Source of the DNA: an uncultured Thermus sp.
GTDB taxonomy: Bacteria > Deinococcota > Deinococci > Deinococcales > Thermaceae
Direction of reading: 5' to 3'
Assembly (NCBI GenBank): GCA_947085095.1
Contig: CAMTVD010000004.1
Location: 70,329 to 134,328, forward strand
Length of the DNA: 64,000 nucleotides
A model generated the notes under the pieces. That model did no database searches, had not been told where the DNA came from, and saw only the letters and a program-made list of their open reading frames with translations. This document shows positions 8,663-18,474 of the stretch, in pieces (position 1 is the first letter of the stretch; each line of letters opens with the position of its first letter). A program made the translations under genes and the position numbers.

Positions 8663-10389
8663 CCGGCCGCCTCTACGCCCTCATGGCCTTCTTCCTCCTG
8701 GCCTTCGGCCTCCTGGGCCTAAGGGCGTGGCAGCTTCAGGTGCTGGAGCACGAGAAGTACGCCCTGAGGAGCCAGGGAAACTACCTCAAGACCGAAAGGA
8801 TCCCCGCCCCCCGGGGCCGGATCCTGGACCGCAAGGGCCGGGTCATCGCCCAGGACCGGCTGGTGGTGGACCTGGTCTACGAGGGGGGAACGGTGGCCTT
8901 TCAGGAAAGGCTCCTTCCCCTCCTCGGCCTGAAGGAACTCCCCCGGGGCCCCGCCGTCCTCAAGGCCGGGATCCCTGAACACCTCCTCCCCACCCTGGCC
9001 GAGCTCACCGCTGGCCAGAAGAACCTCAAGCTTTTGGAGCGCATAGAGCGCACCTACCCAAACCCCATCTCCGGGCCCGTTTTGGGCTACGTCCTCTTGG
9101 CCAACCCCGAGCAGGTGAAAAGGGGCTACCACCCGGAGGAGCAGGTGGGCCAGGCGGGCCTCGAGGGGGCCCTGGAACCCTACCTAAGGGGAAGGGCCGG
9201 GGTCAAGGCGGTGGAGGTGAACGTCCGAGGGGAGCGCCTGCGGGAGGCCATCCTGGAGGAGCCCACCCCGGGGCAGGACGTGGTCCTCACCCTGGACCTG
9301 GACCTGCAACGGGCAGCGGAAAAGGCCCTGGAAGAAGCCCTACAGGACATCAACGAAGGCCGCCGCCGAAACGGGCTTCCCCCCGCCAGCCGGGTCAAGG
9401 GAGCCATCGTGGCCCTTGACCCCACCACGGGGGAGGTCCTGGCCATGGCCTCCGCCCCCTCCTTTGACCCCGGACTCTTCTCCCAGCGCCCCGTGCCCCG
9501 GGAGGTGCAAAACCTCCTCCGGGACAGGGACCTCCCCCTCCTCAACCGGGCCCTCCAGCCCTACACCCCGGGTTCCACCTTCAAGCTGGCCACCAGCTAC
9601 GCCCTCCTGGAAGAGCGGTACGTGAACCCTTCCACCGCCTACCGCTGCAGCCCCTACCTGGTCTTCGGGGGGCAGGTGCGCCGAAACTGGGCGGGCTGGG
9701 ACATGGGCCCCATGACCGTCAAGGAGGCCATCGCCTGGAGCTGCAACACCTGGTACTACCAGGCGGTGGCCCAGGACCCTTTGGGTTTCCCAGACCGCCT
9801 GGCGGAGAGGGCCCGTCTCCTGGGCCTGGGGGAGGCCACGGGCCTCGAGGTGCCGGAAAAAACGGGCCTCCTCCCCACAAGGAGCTGGAAGCGGGAGGTC
9901 CTAAAGGAGCCCTGGTACCCGGGAGAGACCCTTTCCGTGGCCATCGGCCAAGGCCCCATCCTCGCCACCCCCGCCCAGATCGCCCGGATGCTGGCCACCA
10001 TCGCCAACGAGGGCAAAAAACCCCGCCTCCACCTGGTAAAGCGCCTGGGAAACCTGCCCGTAGCCCCACGTTTGGAGGCCGTGCCGGGGCAGTCCTGGAA
10101 GGTCCTGAAGGAGGGCATGCGGAAGACGGTGACCCAGGGAACCGCCCGCCACCTCCTGGGGGAGTTTCCCGTCCCCACCGGCGGGAAAACGGGCACCGCC
10201 GAGACCCCGGGGAAGCGGGCCGGCCTGGAACACGCCTGGTACATGGGGTATGGCCCCGCGGAACCCGGCACCCCTCACCCTCCCCTGGTGGTGGTGGCCT
10301 TTTTTGAAAACGGGGGGGAGGGGAGCCGGGTAGCCCTTCCGGCGGTGAGAAAGGTGATGGCCGCCCACTGGCAGGTGCCCTCCCCTTAG
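8659..10389 (+). CDS. mrdA: Class B penicillin-binding protein 2
   Basis: RGRILDRKG, STFK (SxxK), SCN and KTGTAE. Confidence 0.9.
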   Translation: MTGRLYALMAFFLLAFGLLGLRAWQLQVLEHEKYALRSQGNYLKTERIPAPRGRILDRKGRVIAQDRLVVDLVYEGGTVAFQERLLPLLGLKELPRGPAVLKAGIPEHLLPTLAELTAGQKNLKLLERIERTYPNPISGPVLGYVLLANPEQVKRGYHPEEQVGQAGLEGALEPYLRGRAGVKAVEVNVRGERLREAILEEPTPGQDVVLTLDLDLQRAAEKALEEALQDINEGRRRNGLPPASRVKGAIVALDPTTGEVLAMASAPSFDPGLFSQRPVPREVQNLLRDRDLPLLNRALQPYTPGSTFKLATSYALLEERYVNPSTAYRCSPYLVFGGQVRRNWAGWDMGPMTVKEAIAWSCNTWYYQAVAQDPLGFPDRLAERARLLGLGEATGLEVPEKTGLLPTRSWKREVLKEPWYPGETLSVAIGQGPILATPAQIARMLATIANEGKKPRLHLVKRLGNLPVAPRLEAVPGQSWKVLKEGMRKTVTQGTARHLLGEFPVPTGGKTGTAETPGKRAGLEHAWYMGYGPAEPGTPHPPLVVVAFFENGGEGSRVALPAVRKVMAAHWQVPSP

Positions 10390-10398
10390 AATGGGGCC

Positions 10399-10926
10399 AT
10401 GCGGCTTCGCGCCACCCATAGGGCCTTGGCCCTCCGCCTGGACGGGAACGAAACCCCCGAGGACCTACAGGGCCTGAGCCTGCCCGAAGCCCTGCCCCTG
10501 GAGGTGGAGGTGGCGGGCCCCGTGGGGCGGGAGGCCCTGGAAGCCCTGCTCTCCCTGGGACGACCCCTCACCCTGGTGCCCCCCAGGAACCAGAAGTCCA
10601 CGGGCACCCTGGTGGTCCCCAAGACCTTAAGGGCGGGGGAGCGGGTGGAGCACCCGGGAACCATCGTGGTCCTGGGGGACGTCAACCCGGGGGCCGAGGT
10701 GGTGGCGGGGGGGGACGTGATCGTGGTGGGAAGGCTAAAGGGCCTGGCCCACGCCGGGGCGGGAGGGGATGAGGAGCGCTTCATTTTCGCCTTGGAGCTG
10801 GCCGCCAAACAGGTGCGCATCGGCCCCCACCTGGCCCAGGCCCCCGAAGGGGAAAAGGGGCGGGGAGCGGAGCTGGCCCGGGTGCAGGAGGGGCGGATCG
10901 TGGTGGAGCCCTGGGCTAAAAGGTGA
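10399..10926 (+). CDS. minC: Septum site-determining protein MinC
   Basis: LRAGERV...[28 protein letters not shown] beta-helix. TAGAAT lies 6 nt before the ATG. Confidence 0.92.
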   Translation: MRLRATHRALALRLDGNETPEDLQGLSLPEALPLEVEVAGPVGREALEALLSLGRPLTLVPPRNQKSTGTLVVPKTLRAGERVEHPGTIVVLGDVNPGAEVVAGGDVIVVGRLKGLAHAGAGGDEERFIFALELAAKQVRIGPHLAQAPEGEKGRGAELARVQEGRIVVEPWAKR

Positions 10927-11353
10927 TGGTCCCCCTGTCTACCCCGTACCGCTTCAAGACCAGGTAGATCACCCAGCCCGAGAGGGCCACATAAAGCCAG
11001 ATGGGCACCAAGACCCGGGCCCAGCGTTTGTGAAGAGGGAACTCCTTTCTAAAGGCCCGCCAGATGACGTAAAGGGCCAGGGGGCCGTTCAGAGCCGCCA
11101 GTAGGGTGTGGGTAGCCAGGAGGAGGTAATAGGCCCCCCGCCAGGACTCTGGCCCCCCATAGGCGGTGGTGCCGTAAAGGGCCCACTTGGTCAGGTAAAA
11201 GACCAAAAAGAGGGCCGCCAGGGCCGTGGCCGTGAGCATGGCCCGGGGATGGTTCACCCGATCCCCAAGACGGATGAGAACCACCCCCAAAAGCAAGGCC
11301 AGCCCCGAAAGCATAATGGTCCAGACGGCAAGAAGACCCAAAAGCTCCTTCAT
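10916..11353 (-). CDS. DUF420-family membrane protein
   Basis: 4 TM helices with HPRAM, FLVFY, HTLLA, HKRWAR and WLYV motifs. Confidence 0.8.
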   Translation of the reverse strand: MKELLGLLAVWTIMLSGLALLLGVVLIRLGDRVNHPRAMLTATALAALFLVFYLTKWALYGTTAYGGPESWRGAYYLLLATHTLLAALNGPLALYVIWRAFRKEFPLHKRWARVLVPIWLYVALSGWVIYLVLKRYGVDRGTITF

Positions 11354-11625
11354 TGTTCCTCCGAATACCGCTCCGCAAGAAGGCGTACCGGCTCCAGCCG
11401 CGCGGTGCGGGCGTAGCTGTAACCCCGCAGGTAGTGCTCCTCCTTCTTGGTCAGCTGGTAAAGGCGCAGGTAGGCCACCGCCAGAAGTCCATCCCGCTCC
11501 CGACCAGGGGGCAGGCGGTGGAGGAGGCGGACGATCTCCCTCAGACGGCCCTCCCCGTAGGCCTCGAGGGGCGTCTCCCGCAAGGCCCGGGCCAGGTCGG
11601 CTAGCGTCTCCCCCAACCCCCGCAC
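11350..11625 (-). CDS. Hypothetical helical protein
   Basis: 91-aa ORF with typical codon usage. TAGACT lies 7 nt upstream and the stop overlaps the next start. Confidence 0.65.
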   Translation of the reverse strand: MRGLGETLADLARALRETPLEAYGEGRLREIVRLLHRLPPGRERDGLLAVAYLRLYQLTKKEEHYLRGYSYARTARLEPVRLLAERYSEEQ

Positions 11626-11643
11626 GGGAAGGAGTCTACCACG

Positions 11644-12216
11644 CTAAGGAAGGGCGCGCACCGCCCGGTTCCCGGCGGCATCCACCGCCACCAGGCTGGC
11701 CCCAGGGGGGGCCTCCACCACGAAGGGCACCGAGGTCCCCTTGGGGAGGGAGAGGGGCGTGTACCGCTGCCCCACCCGCAGGGAAACCCGTTCCACCCCC
11801 ACGTTGTCCTCCACCACCCCGTAGACGCGGAGGAGACCCCCTTCCCGCTCCACCCGCTCTACACGGATCCTAGGCGGGGCGGCGTCCAGGGTGAGGGAAA
11901 GTCTTCTCTCTCCCCGGTTACCCAAGGCATCCTCCGCTTGGAGGCCAACCTCCACCTGGCCGGAGGTGGGGGCCTGCAGGCGGAAGCGGAACCGCACCAG
12001 CCGTTTGCCCCTTTCCTCCTCGGGGAGGACCTCCTTCCCGTTCACCCACACACCCGCCACCCCGGAAGGGTCAAAGGCGTAGCCCTCGGCCACCACGCTC
12101 CTCCCCGGGGCCACCCCACCCCCCAAGGGCTCCACCAGGCTCACCTGGGGCGGCGCGGTGTCCGGCCGGGCGCAGGAAGCCAGAAAAAGAAGCAAGTAGA
12201 GGGGACGCCGAAGCAT
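11644..12216 (-). CDS. Putative lipoprotein with two Ig-like beta domains
   Basis: Lipobox LASC, and repeated DTAPPQV...AEDALGN / DAAPPRI...AVDAAGN units. Confidence 0.7.
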   Translation of the reverse strand: MLRRPLYLLLFLASCARPDTAPPQVSLVEPLGGGVAPGRSVVAEGYAFDPSGVAGVWVNGKEVLPEEERGKRLVRFRFRLQAPTSGQVEVGLQAEDALGNRGERRLSLTLDAAPPRIRVERVEREGGLLRVYGVVEDNVGVERVSLRVGQRYTPLSLPKGTSVPFVVEAPPGASLVAVDAAGNRAVRALP

Positions 12217-12237
12217 CCCCTCTATCCTACGCCAGGG

Positions 12238-12693
12238 CTAGCGGAAGATCACGCCCACACGGCCGCTAAAGTCAGGGGCAAAGCTGCGCCAACCAGCCAG
12301 GTCCCCAAGTCCCACACCCACGCCCACCTGGGCCTCGGCATAAGCGCTGAAGGGCGCCCCCGGCAAGAGGTATTCCATCCCTGCCAGGCCGTGGGGAAAG
12401 AGATAGATACCGCTAAAGCCCCCTACAGACCAGAAGCCTGCCCCCACCCCTAAGCCGTAATACCAGGACAGATCCACCCCTGGACCGGCCTCCAGCTTGC
12501 TTTTCGCCAAAATAAGCCCGACATCCCCCCCAAAACCAAAGCCACTAAGGCCCAATCCCAAGCGCAAACTAGCCGTTTGGAACTGAAGCCCCAAATACGT
12601 GGGCCATCCCGAGTAGACCCCATAGCCCTGAGACTGCGCTAACCCTGAAGAAAAAACACCCACCACCAAAATGGCCGCCAACAATCTTTTCAT
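12238..12693 (-). CDS. Putative small outer-membrane beta-barrel protein (lower GC)
   Basis: Signal peptide MKRLLAAILVVGVFSSGLAQ, alternating Gly/aromatic strands, ends VGVIFR. GGAGGT SD and TATACT upstream. Confidence 0.7.
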   Translation of the reverse strand: MKRLLAAILVVGVFSSGLAQSQGYGVYSGWPTYLGLQFQTASLRLGLGLSGFGFGGDVGLILAKSKLEAGPGVDLSWYYGLGVGAGFWSVGGFSGIYLFPHGLAGMEYLLPGAPFSAYAEAQVGVGVGLGDLAGWRSFAPDFSGRVGVIFR

Positions 12694-12727
12694 CTTTACA
12701 CCTCCAAGCTCAGTATACGCACACACT

Positions 12728-13873
12728 TCAGGTTGTGTAAAGGGCATTGATCCGCACGTACCCCTCCGTGAGGTCGCACCCCCAGGCCTCGGCACTAAAG
12801 GGGCCTTCCCCCAGGTCCACGAAGACCTCCACCTCCTCGGCCCGCATGGCCTGGCTCGCCCCTTCCCGGTCAAAGGGCAGAACGCCGCCCCGGTAAAGGG
12901 GAACCCCCTGGAGGCGGATCTCCACCCTTAGGGGGTCAAAGCGGGCCCCCGAGTTGCCCAAGGCAGCCAGAATCCGGCCCCAGTTGGGGTCGTTGCCGTA
13001 GAGGGCGCTCTTCCAGAGAGCGCTCCCCGCCACGGCCCTGGCCGCCCGCCTGGCCTCCTCCTCCGTGGCCGCCCCCTGGACCCGCACGATCATGAGCTTG
13101 GTGGCCCCTTCCCCGTCCCGGGCGATCTTGCGGGAAAGCTCCCGGGCCACCCCCTCCACAGCCTCCCAAAACGCTTCCAAGGGCACCTCCCCGTAGGCCC
13201 CGTTGGCCACGAGGAGGGCCAGGTCGTTGGTGGAGGTGTCCCCGTCCACGGTTACCTGGTTGAAGGTGCGGTCCACCACCCCCTTCCACCCCGCCCTTAG
13301 GGCCTCCTGGGGCACCTTTGCATCCGTGACCAGGAAGGCCAGCATGGTGGCCATGTTGGGGTGGATCATCCCGCTCCCCTTGGCCACGCCCACGATCCTG
13401 GCCCCCGCCACCTCGGCCTCGGCCACCTTGACCACCAGGTCCGTGGTGAGGATGGCCTCGGCGAAGGCCTCGGCGAAAGGGGTGAGGTCTATCTGGGGCA
13501 GAGCAGCCTCCACCTTCTCCACGGGGAGGGGCACGCCAATCACCCCGGTGGAGGCGGTGAGGACCTCCTCCGGAGAAATCCCGAGCCTTTGGGCGGCAAG
13601 TTCCGCCATCCGGGCATCGTCCCTAAAGCCCCGCTCCCCCGTGGCGCAGTTGGCGTTCCCCGCGTTCACCACCACCGCCCGCAAGGGACCTCCCCGGGCG
13701 TAGAGGGTCCGGCCCCGGTGGATGGAGGGGGCGGCGGCCCGGTTCTGGGTGGCCGCGTAGGCCCAATGGGCGGGAAGGCCGGAAACGAGAAGGGCCAGGT
13801 CGGGTTTGCCCGAGGGCTTGATCCCCGCCCGCACCGCACCCGCACGGAAGCCTCTAGGAAGCCTCACGGCCAT
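12728..13873 (-). CDS. argJ: Ornithine acetyltransferase ArgJ
   Basis: [24 protein letters not shown] (autocleavage Thr), DGDTSTND and DGEGATK. Confidence 0.96.
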   Translation of the reverse strand: MAVRLPRGFRAGAVRAGIKPSGKPDLALLVSGLPAHWAYAATQNRAAAPSIHRGRTLYARGGPLRAVVVNAGNANCATGERGFRDDARMAELAAQRLGISPEEVLTASTGVIGVPLPVEKVEAALPQIDLTPFAEAFAEAILTTDLVVKVAEAEVAGARIVGVAKGSGMIHPNMATMLAFLVTDAKVPQEALRAGWKGVVDRTFNQVTVDGDTSTNDLALLVANGAYGEVPLEAFWEAVEGVARELSRKIARDGEGATKLMIVRVQGAATEEEARRAARAVAGSALWKSALYGNDPNWGRILAALGNSGARFDPLRVEIRLQGVPLYRGGVLPFDREGASQAMRAEEVEVFVDLGEGPFSAEAWGCDLTEGYVRINALYTT

Positions 13874-14910
13874 ATTCCCTCCTTGGGCAAGGCCAGGTCC
13901 TCGGGGAGGCCCAGCATCAGGTTCAGGTTCTGCACCGCCTGGCCCGCCATGCCCTTCACCAGGTTGTCCAGGGCGGCGAAGACCAGGACCCGCCCGGTGC
14001 GGGCCTCGTAAAGGGGTTTCAGGTCCACCCGGTTGGCAGCGTAGGTGCCCTTGGTCTCTGGGAGGCCCTCGAGGAGGCGCACGAAGGGTTCCTCCGCATA
14101 GAAATCCCGATAAAGGGCATCCAGCCTCCTCTGGTCCCAATCCCCGGCCACCTCCGCCTCCGCCGTGAGCAGAATCCCCCGGGTCATGGGGACCAGGTGG
14201 GGGGTGAAGCTCAAGAGCAGCTCCGCCTTGGGCCCGTGGGTCTTGGGAGAGCGCCCCTGGGCGAGGAGGCGGCCCAGGTTCTCTTCCATCTCGGGGATGT
14301 GGCGGTGGATGCCCCCCGCCTTGTAGGGCTTCAGGTTCTCGTTCACCTCGGCGAAGAAGGTGCCCTCCCCTTCCCTCCCCGCCCCCGAAACCCCGCTTAA
14401 GCCCACCACAAAGGCCCCCTTCAGGACCCCCGCCGCCGCCAGGGGGGCGAGGGCCAGGGTGGCGGCGGTCACGTAGCACCCTGGGTTGGCCACCAGCCTG
14501 GCCCCCCGTATCTCCTCCCGGTGGAGCTCCGGTAGGCCGTAGACGGCTTCTTCATAGAGTTCCGGGCTCCTGTGGGGGATACCGTACCAGGCCTCGTAGA
14601 CCCCGGGGGGCAGGCGGAAGTCGCCGGAGAGGTCAATGACCCGCCCGCCCTCCTTTAGGACCTGGGGGGCGATGCCCATGGCCAGGCCATTGGGCAGGGC
14701 CAGGAAGACCACCTCGGCCTTCTCCAGGACCTCTTCCTGGGAGGCGAAGGGAGCCTCGTCCCAAAGCTGGGGCCAGGCCTCCTCTAGCGGCTTTCCCACG
14801 TGCTTGCGGCTGGAAAAGCCCACGAGCTCCACCTCCGGGTGCCCCTTGAGGAGGCGGATGAGCTCCGCCCCCCCGTAGCCCGAGGCCCCCAGGATGCCCA
14901 CCCTTACCAC
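13864..14910 (-). CDS. argC: N-acetyl-gamma-glutamyl-phosphate reductase
   Basis: [21 protein letters not shown] and [14 protein letters not shown]. Confidence 0.94.
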   Translation of the reverse strand: MVRVGILGASGYGGAELIRLLKGHPEVELVGFSSRKHVGKPLEEAWPQLWDEAPFASQEEVLEKAEVVFLALPNGLAMGIAPQVLKEGGRVIDLSGDFRLPPGVYEAWYGIPHRSPELYEEAVYGLPELHREEIRGARLVANPGCYVTAATLALAPLAAAGVLKGAFVVGLSGVSGAGREGEGTFFAEVNENLKPYKAGGIHRHIPEMEENLGRLLAQGRSPKTHGPKAELLLSFTPHLVPMTRGILLTAEAEVAGDWDQRRLDALYRDFYAEEPFVRLLEGLPETKGTYAANRVDLKPLYEARTGRVLVFAALDNLVKGMAGQAVQNLNLMLGLPEDLALPKEGIWP

Positions 14911-15422
14911 GGCACCTCCAAGGAGGCCTGGGGAAAGGCCAGAGGGGCCACCTTCTCCCCGGGCTTGACCCAGATCTGCTCCCGGTAGTGGTCCCCCTCG
15001 GGGGTGCGGAAGAGGAGAAGCCGCCCGCCCAGAAGGTCCTGAACCCAGACCTCCGGCACGCCGCCTTGCGCGTAGAGGGGCAGTTTCTTGGTGAGGTCGT
15101 AGTCCAGGCTGGACTCGGCCACCTCGAGGACCAGGTGAACGTCTTCAGGCCCGGGAAGGCGGTGGCTGTAATCGCCCGGCTTGAGGAGGAGAAGATCGGG
15201 CTCCAAGTAGGTGTCGGGGGGCAAAACCAGGGGACCCTGCACCTGGACGAGAAGGTGGGGAAACGCCTCCTGCAAAACCCGGTTCCAACGGTTCACGGTG
15301 TAGGCGTGGCGAGGACCTATCGGGGCCATCTGGTAGATCTCCCCCTTTAGAAGCTCCACCCCCCGCTCCGGCAAGGGAAGGCGGAGGAACTCCTCCAGGC
15401 TGAAGCGGTAGGGCCGGACCAT
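14904..15422 (-). CDS. Uma2-family PD-(D/E)xK endonuclease-fold protein
   Basis: ELLKGEI..M.PIGPRH, EPDL, LVLEVAESSLDYD..KK..LYA..GVPEVW. Confidence 0.88.
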   Translation of the reverse strand: MVRPYRFSLEEFLRLPLPERGVELLKGEIYQMAPIGPRHAYTVNRWNRVLQEAFPHLLVQVQGPLVLPPDTYLEPDLLLLKPGDYSHRLPGPEDVHLVLEVAESSLDYDLTKKLPLYAQGGVPEVWVQDLLGGRLLLFRTPEGDHYREQIWVKPGEKVAPLAFPQASLEVPW

Positions 15423-15426
15423 ACCC

Positions 15427-16332
15427 CTAGCTTAGCAGGGTGAGGAGGACGGCCTTGGCGGTGTGGAGGCGGTTTTCCGCCTGGTCAAAGACCCGGCTCC
15501 GCCTCCCGTGCACGGCCTCCTCCGTGGTCTCCTCCCCGTAGTGGGCGGGCAGGCAGTGGAGGAAGACCCCATCAGGGTGGAGAAGGTCCAAAAGGGTGCC
15601 GTTCACCTGGAAGCCCTGGAAGTCCTTCAGGCGCTTTTCCCGCTCCGCCTCCTGGCCCATGCTGGTCCAGACATCGGTGTAGAGGGCGTGGGCCCCGAAG
15701 GCGGCCTCCTTGGGGTCGTGGGTGAGGAGGGCTCCGGCCCTTTCCAAAAGCCGGGCCTCGGGCTCGTAGCCCCTGGGGGTGGCCACCCGCACCCTTAGGC
15801 CCACCAGGGGGGCCACCTCCAGGAGGGAGGCCAGGACGTTGTTGCCGTCCCCCACCCAGGCCACCTCGAGGCCCTCCAGCCTCCCGAAAACCTCCTTCAG
15901 GGTGAGGAGGTCGGCCAGGGCCTGCAGGGGGTGGGCCTGGTCGGAAAGGGCGTTGATGACGGGAACATGGGCGTGACGGGCGAGTTCCTCCACCGTGCGG
16001 TGCAGGTAGACCCGGGCGGCGATCCCCTCCACGAAGCGCTCCAGGTTCTTGGCGATGTCCCTGACGGGCTCCCTTTCCCCGATCCCCACCTGCTTCTGGT
16101 CCAGGTAAACGGCGTGCCCCCCCAGGTGGAGCATGGCCACCTCGAGGGTGGTCCGGGTGCGCAGGGAGGGCTTTTCAAAGAGGAGGGCCAGGGTCTTGCC
16201 CCTTAGGTCCTCCCCCCGGTAGCGCTCCCGCTTCAACCGCTCCGCCAGGTCCAGGAGGCGCTTCAGGGCCCCCTTGGTGTAGCCGGAAAAGTCCAAAAGG
16301 TCCTTGGGCAGGGTCAGGGCATCTCCCCCCAT
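15427..16332 (-). CDS. argF: Ornithine carbamoyltransferase
   Basis: SLRTR, HPLQALAD, GDGNNV, SMG and HCLP. Start at ATG 16332. Confidence 0.96.
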   Translation of the reverse strand: MGGDALTLPKDLLDFSGYTKGALKRLLDLAERLKRERYRGEDLRGKTLALLFEKPSLRTRTTLEVAMLHLGGHAVYLDQKQVGIGEREPVRDIAKNLERFVEGIAARVYLHRTVEELARHAHVPVINALSDQAHPLQALADLLTLKEVFGRLEGLEVAWVGDGNNVLASLLEVAPLVGLRVRVATPRGYEPEARLLERAGALLTHDPKEAAFGAHALYTDVWTSMGQEAEREKRLKDFQGFQVNGTLLDLLHPDGVFLHCLPAHYGEETTEEAVHGRRSRVFDQAENRLHTAKAVLLTLLS

Positions 16333-16356
16333 GAGGCCTATAGGATAACCGATGCT

Positions 16357-16370
16357 TGCAAACTTATGCA
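16357..16370. promoter_or_regulatory. Putative ARG box (ArgR operator) upstream of argF
   Basis: TGCATAAGTTTGCA on the minus strand, an AT-rich imperfect palindrome matching the TGnATnnnnATnCA pattern at most positions, about 25-40 nt before argF. Confidence 0.65.
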
Positions 16371-16374
16371 ACCC

Positions 16375-17058
16375 CTAGGCCCGGGCCCAGGGCACGTACA
16401 GGAGGGGGAGGTGGCTTACGAAAGGTTCTGCGTAGTCCACCCCCAGGTAGTTCCCCCAGTAGCGCCGCATGGCCTTGCGGGCCTCCACCCCTTTAGGCCC
16501 CACGGTCTCGCTCACGGCCTCCCCGGAAAACTGGCTCCTGTAGGCCAGAACCGCCTGCTCCCACTGGTCTATGAAGGCGGAGATCTTCACCAGGAAGCTG
16601 GGGGTGAAGGGGTGGTTGCCGGGGTAGAAGAAAAGCCTTTCCACCCGGTGGGGCCTCCCCTCCAGGGGGGCCTTGGCAAGGGCCGCTAGGTGCACCGCGG
16701 CCACGGCGAGGCGGCCTGCGGCGGTGTGGTCGGGGTGGCGGTCGGCCTCGAGGGGAGCCAGGAGAATCCTGGGCCTAAGCCGGCGCAGGGCCTCGGCCAC
16801 CTTCAGGCGCTGCTCGGCCACGTCGGCCAAGCCCCCATCGGGAAGGTTCAGGTTGCCCCGGAAGTCCAGGCCCAGGATGCGGCTCGCCGCCTCCACCTCC
16901 TTAGCCCTCTCCTCCGGAGTGCCCTTGGAGCCCATCTCCCCCCGGGTGAGGTCCAGAATCCCCGTGGAAAGCCCCTCCGCCTTGGCCCGGGCCAGCGTCC
17001 CCCCGCACCCCAGCTCCCCGTCGTCGGGGTGGGGGGCCATCACCAAGAGATCAAGCAT
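16375..17058 (-). CDS. bshB1: PIG-L family deacetylase, BshB1-like (bacillithiol biosynthesis)
   Basis: APHPDDGELGCGG, TRGEMG and DRHPDH. Confidence 0.85.
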   Translation of the reverse strand: MLDLLVMAPHPDDGELGCGGTLARAKAEGLSTGILDLTRGEMGSKGTPEERAKEVEAASRILGLDFRGNLNLPDGGLADVAEQRLKVAEALRRLRPRILLAPLEADRHPDHTAAGRLAVAAVHLAALAKAPLEGRPHRVERLFFYPGNHPFTPSFLVKISAFIDQWEQAVLAYRSQFSGEAVSETVGPKGVEARKAMRRYWGNYLGVDYAEPFVSHLPLLYVPWARA

Positions 17059-17656
17059 CCTTCACCTCCACCCGCTCCCCAAGCCGCCTCTCGGTGCCCT
17101 CCCAAAGCCGCTTCAGATTCTCCCGGTGGGTCCAGAAGATGAGGGCCGCCATGAGGAAGACCGTGGCCACCTCCCAAGGGGGCCGCCCCAGGGCCAGGGC
17201 CAAGACCGTGGCCGCCACGCTCCCAGCCATGCTCCCCGCGGACACGTAGCGGGTGATGAGCATCACGCTGACCCCTACGGGTAAGGTCCATAAGGACAGG
17301 ACCGGGTCCAGGAAGAGGAGGGTGCCGAAGCTGGTGGCTACCCCCTTCCCCCCTTTAAAGCCCAGGAAGAGCGAGTAGTTGTGGCCCAGGATCGCCGCCA
17401 GGGCCACGCCCCCCAAAAGCCAGTCCTCGAGGCCCGACGCCCGGGCGATGAGGACGGCGATACCCCCCTTGAACACGTCAAAGAAGGCCACCACCAAGGC
17501 CGGCCCCACTCCCAGGGCCCGGAGGACATTGGTGGCCCCGATGTTGCCGGAGCCCACCTTGCGGATGTCCACACCGTAGGTCCTGGCCACCAAGACCCCG
17601 GCGGGGACGGAGCCGAAGAGGTAGGCGAGGAGGAGAACAAGGAGCACCTCGGTCAT
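17051..17656 (-). CDS. plsY: Glycerol-3-phosphate acyltransferase PlsY (canonical)
   Basis: All three motifs intact: GSGNIGATN, FKGGKGVAT and HRENLKRL. Confidence 0.95.
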   Translation of the reverse strand: MTEVLLVLLLAYLFGSVPAGVLVARTYGVDIRKVGSGNIGATNVLRALGVGPALVVAFFDVFKGGIAVLIARASGLEDWLLGGVALAAILGHNYSLFLGFKGGKGVATSFGTLLFLDPVLSLWTLPVGVSVMLITRYVSAGSMAGSVAATVLALALGRPPWEVATVFLMAALIFWTHRENLKRLWEGTERRLGERVEVKDA

Positions 17657-17674
17657 GGGAGGGTATTTTACGCC

Positions 17675-18451
17675 CTAGCTGCTGGCCGAGGTGTAGCTCC
17701 TCAAGGCCAGGCGGAAGAAGCCCCGGGCCAGGAGGAAAAGAAGGAGGGCGAGCCCCCCGGCGAGGAGGAAAGAGACTTCTCCCCTCCTCAGGGCCACCTC
17801 GGCGGGCACGGTGGTGAGGAAGGCCACGGGCACCACGAAGGTGAAGAAGACCCGGTAGAGGGCGGGGTAGGCCCCCACGGGGAACCGCCCCGCCTCCAGA
17901 AGCCCCCTCAGGACCTCGGTGACGTTGTAGATCTTCACGAACCAGATGCTAGTGGTGGCCAGGAGGAACCAGAGGCCGTAGAGGATCACCGCCCCGAGGA
18001 GGAAGTAGAGCCCAAAAAGGGCATAGTCCAAAGGGGAAAGCCCCAGGCGAAGCCCCGCGTAGAGGAGGAGGCCAAGGCCCAGGAAAAAGTCCCCCAGGCC
18101 CCAGGGGGAGAAGGTGCGCAAAGAGAGCCAGAACTGGGGGTCCAGGGGCTTTAGGAGGACGAAGTCTAGGGTGCCCTGCTGCACGTGCTCCACGATCCTG
18201 TTGAGGTTAGGGGCCAAAAGGGTGGAGGCCAGGCCCTGGAGAAGCGTGAAGGCGGCGAGGACCAGAAGGGCCTCCTCCCAGGCCCAGCCCCCCGGCCGGT
18301 ACCCGCCCTGGTAGAGGAGGAAAAGGCCAAAAAGGGCCCCGAGCAGGGTCAGAAAGGAGGAGAGGAGGCCCAGGAGGAAGTTCCCCCTATACTCCATCTC
18401 CGCCGCCAGGCTGGTGAGGAGAAAGAGGCGGAAGACCCTAAGGTAGCGCAC
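17675..18451 (-). CDS. ABC-2 type transporter permease
   Basis: EYRGNF, GTLDFVLLKPLD and multiple TM helices. Start at GTG 18451. Confidence 0.85.
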   Translation of the reverse strand: MRYLRVFRLFLLTSLAAEMEYRGNFLLGLLSSFLTLLGALFGLFLLYQGGYRPGGWAWEEALLVLAAFTLLQGLASTLLAPNLNRIVEHVQQGTLDFVLLKPLDPQFWLSLRTFSPWGLGDFFLGLGLLLYAGLRLGLSPLDYALFGLYFLLGAVILYGLWFLLATTSIWFVKIYNVTEVLRGLLEAGRFPVGAYPALYRVFFTFVVPVAFLTTVPAEVALRRGEVSFLLAGGLALLLFLLARGFFRLALRSYTSASS

Positions 18452-18474
18452 CTTTCCAGGGTAGACTTGGAGGC

